Part shown: positions 51,194 through 62,759 of the stretch, piece by piece
How the letters are laid out: every line of letters starts with the position of its first letter
Position numbering within the stretch: the first letter of the stretch is position 1
Origin: Lama guanicoe
Lineage: Eukaryota
DNA length: 64,000 bases
Assembly (NCBI GenBank): GCA_013239625.1
Contig: MU053652.1
Location: 2,296,001 to 2,360,000 of the forward strand
Direction: 5' to 3'
Notes under the pieces: model-generated
The model's input: only the letters and a program-made list of their open reading frames with translations
What the model was told of the DNA's origin: nothing
Databases searched by the model: none
Position numbers and translations under genes: made by a program

Positions 51194-52055
51194 AAAGATT
51201 GGAGTTAGGCTGCCACAAGCAAGGAATTATCAGAAGCTTGGAGAAAGGCCTGACCAGATCCTTCTGTAGAGCCTTCAGAGGGAACATGGCCCCAACCTGA
51301 CCTCAGGCATCTAGCCTCCAAATAAAACTCTGTTGTCTAAGCCACACGGTTTGTGATGCTTTGTTCTGCCAACCTCAGAAACCTAGCACACCTCTGACAA
51401 GGCTTTATTCTCTCCCTCTCCTGCCTGCAATAAACACTGCCGTCAAGTCAGGCACCTCTCGCTCTTCCCCTCCTATGTGGGACCCTAAGACTGTCACTTT
51501 CTTCTCCCCACGCAAACGTGTTTTCTTTTTAGCCAGAGTGTTGCTACCTACTCACAGGATGGAAGGAGTTTGTCCATAGCATGGGGAGTGCTTGCAGGGA
51601 GCCCTCCACACTCTGCTCTGCCAACAAGACATGCTGGCCAGGCTCAGAATCAGAGTTTCAGACGAGGCAGTAAACTTAAGGGCCCTGAGTCAGGTCTCCC
51701 AAACCTTGCAATTTATAGATGAGGAAAGAATCACTTTGGATCTCACACACAGCTCACTAATACAAGGGCTGTGGTAACAGCCCAGGAATTCAGACGCTCA
51801 ATCCAGTGCACTTTTCATCAGTCCCATCATAGGTTTCTTCCCCAGGGATGACTTTTGTCACCAGCTGCCCTCCAGGGTGACTGTCTTGCTCATTACAAGT
51901 TAAATGCATTTAGAAGAGGGACATTGATTGAAACATCTTTGTAACCCTTTCTGTCCTCCAGTGTGGAGGTATTGAATAAAAGCTTTGATTGGATTGATCA
52001 GAACATCGTTTTCTGTTCAAAGCTAGCAGATCCACAAGGGAATAAGACACCAGAC

Positions 52056-52537
52056 CAGTGTTCCTCAAAGTGCGCCCAGGGGAACCCTTGCATGAACATC
52101 ACTGCTGACTTAATTTAGAGGGTTTTTTTGTTTTGTTTTTGTTGTGTTTAATGGAGGCACTGGGGATTGAACCCAGGGCCCTGTGCATGTGAAGCATGCA
52201 CTCTACCACTGAGCTGTATCCTCCCCCCAAGTTTTAGGCTTCTATACCCCTGTCCCTCTTGACTTGGTTTTACTAAGTGACACATTCTCAGCCTCTACTG
52301 TAGACCATACACCGAGAATCTCTGGGGGTGAGGCCGGAAAACAGACCCCAGGTGATGCTTAATCACCAGTAAAGCAGCAGTTCTCGCAGAAATCACCTGT
52401 TGGAAGAGCTTTAAGATCCAAGATGCCTGGGCTCTGCCCCGAGAGTCTAATTCAATTGGTCTGAGTGCAGCCTAATCTGGGAATTTTTAGTAAGTCCCTC
52501 AGGTGATGCCCTGTACAGGCAGGGTTGCACCCACTGC
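52056..52537. mobile_element. MER5-like hAT MITE fragments (two adjacent, the first interrupted)
   Basis: cagtgttcctcaaagtg...cacattctcagcc...agaatctctgggggtgaggcc...ccaggtgatgct; then gatgcctgggctctgcccc...tctaattcaattggtctg...ctcaggtgatgcc...cccactg. Confidence 0.7.
52123..52228 (-). mobile_element. vic-1-like tRNA-Ala-derived SINE
   Basis: Reverse complement reads ggggggaggatacagctcagtggtagagtgcatgcttcacatgcacagggccctgggttcaatccccagtgcctccatt, followed by an A-rich tail. Confidence 0.9.
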
Positions 52538-53349
52538 ACTAAAGCTTTGGGAGACTTGAGCATCCCATGTTAAGAAGAGGGTGACTGACTCATGACTTTG
52601 AGTAGGACTTCCCCAGTTTTCAAACTCAAACTTCCCTGTCTCCTTCAGTCCTGGGAACACTGGGGCTGTGGTCATCCTAATAAAGACTTGCGTCAACATG
52701 CCAACTAAAGACCACTGGGGCACAGGTACGCTGTATTAGGCATGAAGCAAAGCACTGCGCCTAATGCTTTCCCAGTGAGGGCCCCCTCCCCTCCCTCCAC
52801 CCCACCTCCAGCTTCCTCCAGTTCCTTCCACAGAGAGGCCTCACGGGATCTGCAGGACTGCTGCAGGGTGCGGCTGCCCCCAGGGCTCTAGTCCTGATTT
52901 CCTGACAATTCAGAAAGCACTTCCATGTTGGCCTGAAGTTGCTGTTTCCCATTCTCTCCCACACTATTTTTAGGTGCAGCAGACAGTTCCTGCCTGGCCT
53001 GCCCCACCCTCCTCAGTGTCGGTCCCCCACCTCTGGCATCTAGCAGGGTGGGCCTACAAGATGACGCATCTGATCCTGGGGGTCTGGGGCCCTGCTGCCC
53101 CGGGTAGTAGGGTGCTCCCAGGCTAAACTGCCTTTTTGTTTATCTTACAAGCTTTAAAACAGTATTTTCCCATTTCCCTTTCCTGAGGCCTGGCTGTACC
53201 AAACTCCTGTATTTTCACACATCGGTCTACAGCCTGAAACGCAGAGAAACCCAACAGGAGGGCCTGCTGGCTGACCCTGCAGCAGTCACCCAGGCTGGAC
53301 AGCACAGCTTCAGGCGAAGGGCCGTCTTTATTCTCCGTTTTTCAGACGC

Positions 53350-53515
53350 TTCCTGTGTGTGAGGCACTGTACTTATCTCCTTAAGAGTTCACAGCAAACT
53401 CAGCAGATGGTGAGAATCTCATTCTCAGGAACCTGAGGCTCAGAGAGGTAAACAACTTACCTCCAGGTCACACAGCGGCAGAGCTGTCACCCAATCCCAG
53501 CTGGACTAGCTGGAA
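53350..53515 (-). mobile_element. MIR fragment
   Basis: aggaacctgaggctcagagaggtaaacaacttacc...aggtcacacagc. Confidence 0.75.
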
Positions 53516-53526
53516 GTCTGCATGTC

Positions 53527-53935
53527 AGCATTGCCCAACCTTTGTTTTCATTATTGCCCTTCTAAGGAGACTTCTTTTTAATTTGTTTTTTTAATCGAAG
53601 TATAGTCGGTTTACGATCTTGTGTTCATTTCTGGCATACAGCATAGTGATTCAGTTATACACATATACGTATTCTTTTTCATATTCTTTTCCATTATAAG
53701 CTATTACAAGGTATTGAATATAGTGCTTGTGTGCTAAGGAGACTTTTTACTCATTTTTTTTTCTTGAATCGCTCCCTCCCCCATGAAACTTTAATACCAC
53801 AGATACGCTGTACATCTGTTTATGTCCTGTATGGGTATCTGTGCATTATACACAAACACAGTAAGATTGTTTTATTCTTCAAGAACCAATTTCATCCCCT
53901 TGGGGGTGATAGCACTCCTGTTAAGGACGCCAGCA
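53527..53935. mobile_element. hAT-type non-autonomous DNA transposon interrupted by an L1 3' end
   Basis: caacctttgttttcattattgcccttctaaggag...ccatgaaactttaataccacagatacgctgtacatctgtttatgt...caagaaccaatttcatccccttgggggtgata resembles a mammalian-wide MER. Family name not certain. Confidence 0.65.
53574..53733 (-). mobile_element. 5'-truncated L1 3' UTR, antisense
   Basis: T-rich tail, then gaagtatagt...cagcatagtgattcagttatac...tattgaatatagt. TSD ctaaggagactt at 53562-53573 / 53734-53745. Confidence 0.92.
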
Positions 53936-54668
53936 GGGTTTGAGGTCTGGCAGATTTGTTCTCTTAGTTTTGGATGTAGGTGGAGAAGCAGGGTAAACCC
54001 ATATGAAGTCTCTCCCACGCTAACGTTCCGCAGAACTCGAGTGTGAAAAGATGGTTCCCAAAAAGAGCTCTGTGGCCAAACGTGTTTGGGAAAGGCTGAA
54101 TGCAGCACCCCTGTACCTTCTGGAAAGTCAATCATCGTATCAAAATGTCTGAGTCAGCTACCTAAAAAACCACCTGTTTAATTATTTGTACAGCAATGTA
54201 TCTTAACTTGACCACAAATGTCTTCTCTTTCTCTCTCTGCATTTGACATTGTCCACATGTTAATATTAATAAATTACTTTGAATTCATAGTTCTAAACAT
54301 ATTTTCAAAAATGCAGCCATAGATACCGAGCTGCCTTCTTTCCTGAAGTGAGTCTGGTGATGTTTGGCCAAGAAGGTGAATAAACAGCTTTTTCTGTGAC
54401 TCAATCAAGCCAGGCCAGCTGGGCTGTATTCCTGGCAGGAGCAGGCGGCAGAAAGACGCTATGGTAAGGTGAGCAAATCCTCGTTTGGTACCCACCAACT
54501 TTGTGCCGGGGACAGAGCTGCTGTGGGCAGTGCCCCCGCCCCAGTCTGTGTGGTGCCTGCTGTGTCCTGGTGTCACAGGGGGTGGCACCTGGCGTGGGCA
54601 AGCCAAGCCTCCCAGCCCCAGGCGCTGAACACAGGGCCTCAGAGGCAGGTCCAGCTCTGTATCACTGA

Positions 54669-54713
54669 GCCACCAAATCTTGTGTGTGTGTGTGTGTGTG
54701 CTACCAAATCTTG
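54669..54713. repeat. (TG)10 microsatellite between 14-bp direct repeats
   Basis: gccaccaaatcttg (54669-54682), TG run, gctaccaaatcttg (54700-54713). Confidence 0.9.
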
Positions 54714-55603
54714 ACCGCCACCCCCATACCAGGACCCTTTGGGGACCACAGCCAGGGTGCACTTACTCTGAAGTGGCCTGAAGCTTGCTGAGACCCTCGG
54801 AGGCAGGTGCCTGTTTATTCATCTTGTTCCCCTGTCTAGCACCGTGCCAAGTGTGTACTGAGCACTTAATACATCCCTGTAGCTTCAGTAACCAAATGCA
54901 CACGTGAGTGAAAAAAATAACACCTGAACAGGGCAGACACCAAGCCATTCAGCCCGCTAGGTCCAAAGGACCAGGACCAGCTGAGCAGGGAGCAACAGTT
55001 AAAACCGGAGCAACACCTGTCCAGCACACCTGCCATTAGTCACGGTGTTTAACTGTTTAGTGAATCTGCATTGTGTCATTCCGTTAGTCTCGAATAACTC
55101 CTTGTTTTTTTAAATCCTTACTAGGAAAAATTAAGCAGCAGGGTATCACGTGGAATGGAAGTATCTGTGCCCAGTAACCCCCGTCATCCAGTCACTGCCC
55201 GAAGTGATGGCAATTCCGCTGGGGTCCTGCAGGAACTGTTCAACTAAGGGCCACCTGGAGGGATGGGCTGCACACTGGTGTCACACTGATGCCATCATTC
55301 ACAAGGGGCCCACGACCCACAAAGTCCGATCCACAAAGATCCACGGTGCCTCCCCCCACCTCCGTCATCCATTCATCCTCACTCAGCCCTGGGAAGCAGG
55401 CAGCTGTGGACTTATCACCCCCATTTATGCTTGAGAAACTTAGGGGAGCCCAGGGAGAAACCCACCTGCCTTGGATAGAGAGGTGGGAGAAGAGGAAGGA
55501 AAGGAGGTGCAGAAAATAAGCCGAGGAGAGCAGAGACGGGAAAAGGGGAGAGGGGGCACTGACAGAGGCTGTCAGAGGATGTGCCCGGTCACCCTGCCAC
55601 TCT

Positions 55604-55622
55604 CGGCCACCAGGTGGCAGAC
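55604..55622 (+). promoter_or_regulatory. Candidate CTCF binding motif (CGGCCACCAGGTGGCAGAC)
   Basis: Matches the core CCASYAGRKGGCRS at every position. Binding not shown. Confidence 0.5.
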
Positions 55623-55695
55623 TTGGGCCGACCGACCTCCCCATCTGCCCAGGGCGGCCTGAGGCAGAGGGCAGGGGTGGGAAAGAGGCCGAAGA

Positions 55696-55893
55696 ACACA
55701 CCACACACACACCCTACACATCACACACCACATTACACAACACACACTAACACACCACACACACCACCAACACAACACACACAAAAACACATCCGTACCA
55801 CACATACCACTCATCATACACACACACACACACACACACCACACAACACCTATACCACACCCATATACTACACAAACACACATCACCCCTCAC
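55696..55893. repeat. Degenerate CA-rich simple repeat
   Basis: About 200 bp of (CA)n/(CACAC)n with interruptions, almost no G on the + strand. Confidence 0.92.
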
Positions 55894-57699
55894 AGCATTT
55901 TGGCAGATGCTAGCTTCTCTTTCCAGCTTTTCTACCCTCTTCCCCACCCCTTTCTCCTACAAATTCCAGACTTCTCATCATTCTCTTTTCCCAAATACTC
56001 CTGTCCTGTGCCTTTTTCTCCCCCGTCCTCTCCCCAAATGTCAACATTTTCCTTCCCTCCACCACCCATCCCTCAGGGGTAGAAATGAAACCTCCCTCCA
56101 GTAGAACATTTTCTGCTTTGTCAAGCACTTTCTCACCTGCTTTCTCCTTTGATGGTCTCTTCAACCCTACGAGGCAAACAGTATTATTGTTACTGCCATT
56201 TTATAAATAGGAAATCGAGTCACAAGAGGCTGCCACCGCTGCCCATGCAGGGAGGACAGGACCAGAGGACAGCTCTTCAGATTCCCGGGGTGTCCCCCTG
56301 CCTCCACAACCCCCACAGCTGACACCCCACACTCTCACCCAGTGTCCCCTCTCCTGACACCAGGAATGCCTGCCCTCGGTCCGGCAGTGGCGGAAGGGAG
56401 GGGTGAGGAGATGGAGGGTCTCTGCCCCCAAGACCCCGCTCATTCGTGGGAGAGGAGGCTCCACCGAGAGAGAGAAAGAGAGGTCAAGCCTGCTTCTCCA
56501 GAAGTCTCTGCCCTCAGAAAGAGGTGCTCGTGGCCAGAGCTCGAGTCTTGGGGCTGTCATGGACAGAAGCAGAGAAGACTGAGAAAGTCACCTGAAACTT
56601 TAAAAATAGGTGGTGTTGTTGAAATGTGTCCTGTGTGTTGATGCCCCAGCACAGAGGTCCTGGGACCCGAGTCCTGGAGCGCCCTGGCCACACAGCACAG
56701 ACGCAGCTGGGCCTGAGACCTGGCTCCAAGCTGTTTCAAGTGCAACAGAGGGGCCCAAGCCTCCTTTTGGAGGCCCGAGCCATCTGCAAAAGCCCGACCT
56801 GGGCACGGGTTTCTTCCTCTGCATCTGTGGACCTTCAGGAGCTCCTCACGGGGATGCTGAGAAGCTGCAATCAAGACTGAACACCTGAGACAAGGGACAG
56901 GCACAGAATGACGACAGCTAATTCAGACACAGCGCAGGTCCCAGAGCGCTGCCTCTCTCAAGAAACCCAGCTCCCAGGAGCCCAGCCTCCAGGCCTCCCC
57001 AATTCCAACCCGAGCCCCTTGCAGGGTCTGCCCACTTTCAGGGTGGCTCTCAGACCTTAGGGTGTGGACGGCTGCTCCTGGCCATCGGGGGACCTCTCCC
57101 AGGCTCAGCCTCCATCCCAGGGCTGGGATGAGGGTGGGGTGAGCAAGGCACCCAGGCACAAAATGAGGGGACACTCCTGGGCGGACACCCACCCTGGGCA
57201 TCTCCTTTATCTCACCCTAGTTCCAGCCTAGCCCCAACCCCACAGCCCCCTTTCACCTTCCCGATCCTTCTCCCGCCTTCTTCCTCCTGCTCCCTGGCAC
57301 CTGAACACTTCTGTCTCCTTGTCTGAAAAACGGGACATGCACATCTCATGGAGCCAGTACAATGACCAAATGAGATAAAGCTAAGCTGCCAAACCTTTTT
57401 TACCTAAAAATCCATTGTTCTTTTTTATTATTTTTATCTTTGGAAATGCTCATCACAGCACTATAGGTTTGTAGCTGAATCCTCTGGGAGGCTGCTCTGG
57501 GGACACAACACGGTTCTTTGTGGTCAGGAAGGTGGGAGAGAACAAGGACCCTACTGGTGTCCACCTGCAGCCAACGTTCCTGAAAGCGTGTGAGAACTTC
57601 ATAATAATGGGCATCCCAGATGCTGAAACAGCCATCAGCACAAGATGGGCACAGGTGTGGCCAATAATGGCCAGCTAGGTCAGAATCAGGATCTGAGCT

Positions 57700-58122
57700 G
57701 AACGTTCCATCGACGGATGAATGGAGAAGCAAGATGGAGTCTTGTCCCTACGACAGAATATTATTCAGCCTCTTAAAGTAGACAACCAGTCATCCACAAC
57801 AACGTGGGTGAAACTTGAGGACATCATGCTAAGTGAAGTAAGCCAGTCGCACAAAGACAAATACTGCATGATTCCACTCATAAGCGGTCCTTAGAGTAGT
57901 CAAATGCATACAGACAAAGTAGGATGGTATTGGCCAGGGGCTGGGAGGAGGGGATGGGGAGTTGACGTTTAATAGGTTCCGAGGTTCAGTTCTGCAAGAT
58001 GGAAGAGTTCTGGAGATCCGTTGCACAGCAATGTGGAGATACTTAACACAACTGAAGGGTGCACTTAGAAATGGTTAAAATGGTCAATTTTATGTGGTTT
58101 TTTAACCACAATTAAAAATAAA
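57700..58122 (+). mobile_element. L1MB-like 3' end
   Basis: ccatcgacggatgaatgg...ttgaggacatcatgctaagtgaagtaagccagtc...gacaaatactgcatgattccactc...gttcagttctgcaagatg...aatggttaaaatggtcaattttatgt...accacaattaaaaataaa. Confidence 0.92.
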
Positions 58123-60094
58123 AGAATCCAAGTCAAACAGGAGCCAAGAGAGCACTGGTTAGAAATCTGAGACGGTGCCACCAGGAGCATCCCTCCCTCC
58201 CTGGTCTCACCTAGCAGAGATCGAATTTCTAGAAACCACCACACCAGCTTCAACAGGGAAAGGAAGTCACAAAGACTACTGGGAAGGAGGTGGAAGGGAG
58301 TTTGTTTACAGGATGCTTGAGAGAGTTCATGAGTTAACAGTCTGTTGTGCTGGTTGAAGGCTGGTTTAAGTATCAGCTGCAGGCATCAGCTCGGTGCCGG
58401 GCAGGCCCTTGTGTAATGATGGTCTGGATCCCTGGTTCCTCACCCCATGCAAGCCTGGGGTGCACATCCAGGGCTCCCCAATACACTTCCAGGGCCAGAA
58501 TTCCCTAGCAGCAGCTACCCAGGCTGCTGGCAGCCTGATAGCACCCCCTGGTGACTGCACGGTTTCTCCTGCAAGAAGCTACTGCGTTCAACATGAGTAT
58601 CACAACCTGGCTTTCGGAGAGTTAAGTGGTGACGACACATCTGACCCTGTGGGCAAAGAGCCTGTGCATAAGCTGGGAGGAGCAAGCCTGTCATGGGAAC
58701 CAGGGGCTGGAGATGGAAGTCAAGCACCATCACTCACAGCCCTGGTTCTTCCACTTAAGGAAATGCTTCCTGAGCTCCTGATAGAGAGCAGACACTTTAC
58801 TCAGCTGTTCTTAATTAGTCCTAATAACACCCCAACAGGTGGGTGCCAATGCTCCGTCTCACAGAAACAGAGACAAAGGCTCCAAGACGTTGACAGTCAC
58901 ACAGTCAAGGGGGGATGGAGGAGGGACTGAAAGTCAAGTCTGCCTCCGAGGTCCCAGCACCAGGGTCCCCCATTCCCCACACTGACTTGGACAACCAGCC
59001 GTGGTGATCCCGGGCCTCAACATGGCAACCTCACCAACTTGGCTCCTCCGACCAGACAGGTCAGGCTCAGCTCATGAAGAGCACCCCCAACCACTGAGCA
59101 GTGGAAAGTGCTAAGGTGAGAGTGTGGTGACCAGGCTAACACTCGCTTCCTAACTCCCTACCTTTCCCAAAGGCCTGCAGGTTTCTAAGCCTTTTCTTCC
59201 TGCTTTTCTGGCCTCAAACCGCACCCTTCACCACCCACCTCCCACCCCCGCCCTGTCAGGGAAAACTGACCCCACACATCATGTCCCGGCCTTTTGACCC
59301 ATCTCTTCTGCTCCAGCTCTGAGTTTTCTCAATCCCGCCTCTTTCCTTCCCTCCTCCAACCCCTCCTTACCAACCCACAGGACTATTTTGTAATCCTGCT
59401 CAACTTTCCTACTAGGAACACATTTATACTCCATCTCTCATTTCCACAGAAGAGAAACACAAACCAGCACAACCACCACGAACAGAAACAGATGATGCCT
59501 GGGCTGGAATCCTCCCGGGGTGGGCTTGGGTCGGGAAGGAGACGTTCCTGGGCTGGGGGCTGGGAGTTGAGGGTTATCTCAGAGCTGATTGCACTTAAAA
59601 GCGGTTGCCTCACTTCAAAGGGGCTTTTAGTGCTAGCTGTGGGTTCTGGCAATCAGAGCCCGTCCTCTGAGCAGGCGGAAAACCTGTGAGAAGGAACAGG
59701 GCCGGGGGCCCAGCCACACTGCAGGTCCCTATGCACGGAACTGAGACATTCGGGACAGATTTCAGAGCCACTTCCAGTCATGACTGGGAATCCGGCCTCT
59801 TCCCAGAGTGGCCTCTTTTGTGACAAAGGGAGAAACTGAGGCAGAGGTGCCCCAGGGCTCTTGGAGCAATGAGGAGACCCCTGGGACACCCTGGACCTAT
59901 CTGTCTGCTCCCCCCACCCTCAAGGTTCTTGCCCCCCTTACAGGCTCCCGCCTCCCCGGCTGCAGGGTCAGTGCTCATAGAGGGGTTTCCCGGAGACCCA
60001 GCATCCGGCAGGGACATGGGCAGCACATACGGTCCTTCACACATGCTTCCTCAGACTCCGGGCTTTGGGCTCATTCTCTAGGATAAATTAGAAA

Positions 60095-60204
60095 AAATAG
60101 TAATCGATGGCACTTACACCATGGACTTTGCATGGAGTCTCCTCCGTTAAGCCTCCTAGCCACCCTGTGAGGTAGGTGTTACACCCGCTTCAAAATGCAG
60201 AAAG
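60095..60204 (-). mobile_element. MIR, left half (continues at ~62517-62620)
   Basis: ttaagcctcctagccaccctgtgaggtaggtgttacacccgcttcaaaatgcagaaa; the right half reads aatgaggaaagtgaag...ggcagaagtgagatttgagctca. Confidence 0.6.
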
Positions 60205-60702
60205 GACTCGACGTCACTAATCATTAGGGAAATGCTGACCCAAGCCACAACGACATGCCACCTCACATCCTTAGGATAACTGCTATCAAAACGAAGCAGA
60301 ACAGAAAATAAGCATCTGCAAGAATGTGGAGAAACTGGAACCCTTAGGCTCTACTGGTGGGAATGTGAAATGGCGCAGCCGCTATAGAAAACAGTACCGC
60401 GGTTCCTCAAACAACTAAAAATAGAATCACCATATGATCCAGCAATCCCACTTCTCGGCAATTGCCCAAAAGAACTGAAAGCAGGGTCTGGAAGACGTAT
60501 TTATACAGCCATGTTCATAGCAGCACTAACAATAGCCTTACAGGCATTAACAATGGCCTCTAAAAAGGTAGTAGCAACCCAAGTGTCCATCAACAGATGA
60601 ATGGATAAATAATGGTACAGACATACAATAGAATATTATTCAACCATAAAAAGGGAGGAAATTCTGACATCTGCTACAAGAGCCACAAAAAGCTACATAT
60701 TG

Positions 60703-62236
60703 CTGGTCAATTAATCTATGACAAAGGAGGCAAAAATACACAAAGGGGAAAAGACAGTCTCATCACATGTGGTGTTGGGAAAACTGGACAGCTACATTAA
60801 ACAGTGAGATTAGACCCTTATCTCACACTGTATACAAAAATAAACTCAAAATGAATTTTAGACCTAAAAGTAAAACCTGAAACCATAAAGCTTCTACAAA
60901 AGAACATAGGTGGAACACCCCTGGACATAAATCATAGCCATATTTTTTTGCATCTATCTCTGAAGGCAAAAGAAATAAAAGCAAAAATTAACAAATAAGA
61001 CTTAATTAAACTTAAAAGCTTTTGCACAGCAAAGGAAACCATCAACCAAATGAAGACAACCTAGAGACTGGGAGAAAATATTTGCAAATGACATGACCAA
61101 CACGGAGTTAATACTCAAAATGTACAAGCAGCTCATGCTACTCAATATCAAAAAAAAAACAACCAATCAAAAAATAGGAAGAAGACTTAAATAGGTATTT
61201 TTCCAAAGAAAATACACAGATGGCTAATAGGCACATGAGAAGATGTTCACTATCAATAATTATTAGAGAAATGCAAATCAAAACCACAATGAGGTGTCAC
61301 TTCACACCTGTCAGAATCTGTCATATCTGTTGTTTGTATCAACAAAAAGTCTCCAAATAGCAAATGTTGGAGGGAATGTGGAGGAAAGGGAACCCTTGCA
61401 CACTGTTGGTGAGAATGTAAACTTGTGCAGCCACTATGGAAAACAGTATGGAGATGCCTCAAAAAACTAAAAATAAAACTACCATATGATCCAGCAATTC
61501 CACTCCTGGGTGTAAATCAAGAAGAAAAACAAAAACACTACTTTGAAAAGATATATGCACCACAATGTTTACGGTAGCACTATTCATAAAAGCCCAGATT
61601 TGGAAGCAATCCAAATGCCCATCAACAGATGAATGGATAAAGCTGTCCTATATATGTATGTATACAATGGAGTATTACTCAGCCATAAAAAATAACGAAA
61701 TATTGTCATTTGCAGCAACATAGAAGGACCTAGAGAATATTATGCTTAGTGAAGTAAGTCAGACAGAGAAGGACAAGTAGTTTGTGATATCACTTACACA
61801 AGGAATCTAAAAAAATAATACAAATGGGAGGGGAGGGTGTAACACAGTGGTAGAGCATATGCTTAGCCTGCACAAGGTCCTGGGTTCAATCCCCAGTACC
61901 TCCATTAAAATAAATAAATAAATAAGAACCTAATTACTCCCCCCACCAAAATAATACAAATGAATGTGTATGCAAAACAGAAACAGACTCAGAGAAACTG
62001 TGGTTACTAAAGAAAAGAGGGAAGGGGAGGGGCAAATTAGGGGTATGTAATTATGAGATATAAGATACTATGCACAAAATAGATAAGCAACAGGGATATA
62101 TTGTGTAGTGCAGGGAATTATAGTTATCACCTTGTAGTAACTTTTAATGGAGTATAATCTGTAAAAACACTGAATCACTATGCTATATACCTAAAACTAA
62201 TGTAATATTGTAAATCAACTATACTTCAATTTTCAA
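60703..62236 (+). mobile_element. Younger 5'-truncated L1 (distal ORF2 + cetartiodactyl-type 3' UTR)
   Basis: tggtcaattaatctatgacaaaggaggc...aaacttaaaagcttttgcacagcaaaggaaacc...aatgcaaatcaaaaccacaatgagg...actgaatcactatgctatatacct...aatcaactatacttcaa. Confidence 0.93.
61827..61947 (+). mobile_element. vic-1-like tRNA-Ala-derived SINE inside L1
   Basis: gggagggtgtaacacagtggtagagcatatgcttagcctgcacaaggtcctgggttcaatccccagtacctcca...cctaattac. Perfect TSD aaaataatacaaatg at 61812-61826 / 61948-61962. Confidence 0.94.
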
Positions 62237-62759
62237 AAAAAGACAAATATTGTATGATGCCATTTATATGAAGTATATGAAGTAGTCAAATCCATGGAAA
62301 CAGAAAGTAGAATAGTGGTTGCCAGGGGCTGGGAGAGGAGGGAATGGGGAGTTGTTGTTTAATGGGTCCAGAGTTTCAGTTCTGCAAGATGAAAAGAGTT
62401 CTGGAGAGAGGCTGCCCCACAAATGTGAATGTGCTCAACACTCCTGAACTGTACACTTAAAATGGTTAAAAGCGTCAATTTGATGTTACATGTATTTAAC
62501 CACAATTAAAAGTTTAAAAATGAGGAAAGTGAAGTATCCAGAATAAAGAGACACTCCCAAGGGGCAGAAGTGAGATTTGAGCTCACATCTATCTGGGGGA
62601 AAACTCATGCTTTAACCCCTAACCTCCCAAAGCCAAAGGCTTCCGTAGAGCTGGCCACACTCTCCGGTATGGGCCCTTGGTAACCACAAGCATCCTGGTC
62701 GTAGGTGACACCCCGCCTCACGACAGTCAGTGTCAGGCATGTGCACCAGCTAAGGAGCT

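Larger units (their letters stand above)
50354..51390 (+). mobile_element. MLT1C-like MaLR solo LTR split by three L1 insertions
   Basis: Starts tgttatgggttgaactgggtcccccc...atgttgaagtcctaac; internal gccctaatccaatgtgactg and gattggagtt...agaagcttggagaaaggcc; ends aataaaactctgttgtctaagccac...aaacctagcaca. Confidence 0.92.
60205..62516 (+). mobile_element. L1MB-like 3' portion, split by a younger L1
   Basis: 60210-60690: tcactaatcattagggaaatgc...catatgatccagcaatcccacttct...aaattctgacat. Resumes at 62237: gacaaatattgtatgatgccatttatatga...accacaattaaaa. Confidence 0.9.

Noticed and set aside
57103..57144. Hairpin gctcagcctccatcccag-gg-ctgggatgagggtggggtgagc (possible pre-miRNA)
   Set aside because: The stem is too short and the loop only 2 nt; expected by chance in GC-rich DNA.
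58200..58710. Possible old MaLR LTR on the minus strand
   Set aside because: Only vague resemblance; no terminal motifs that I can identify.
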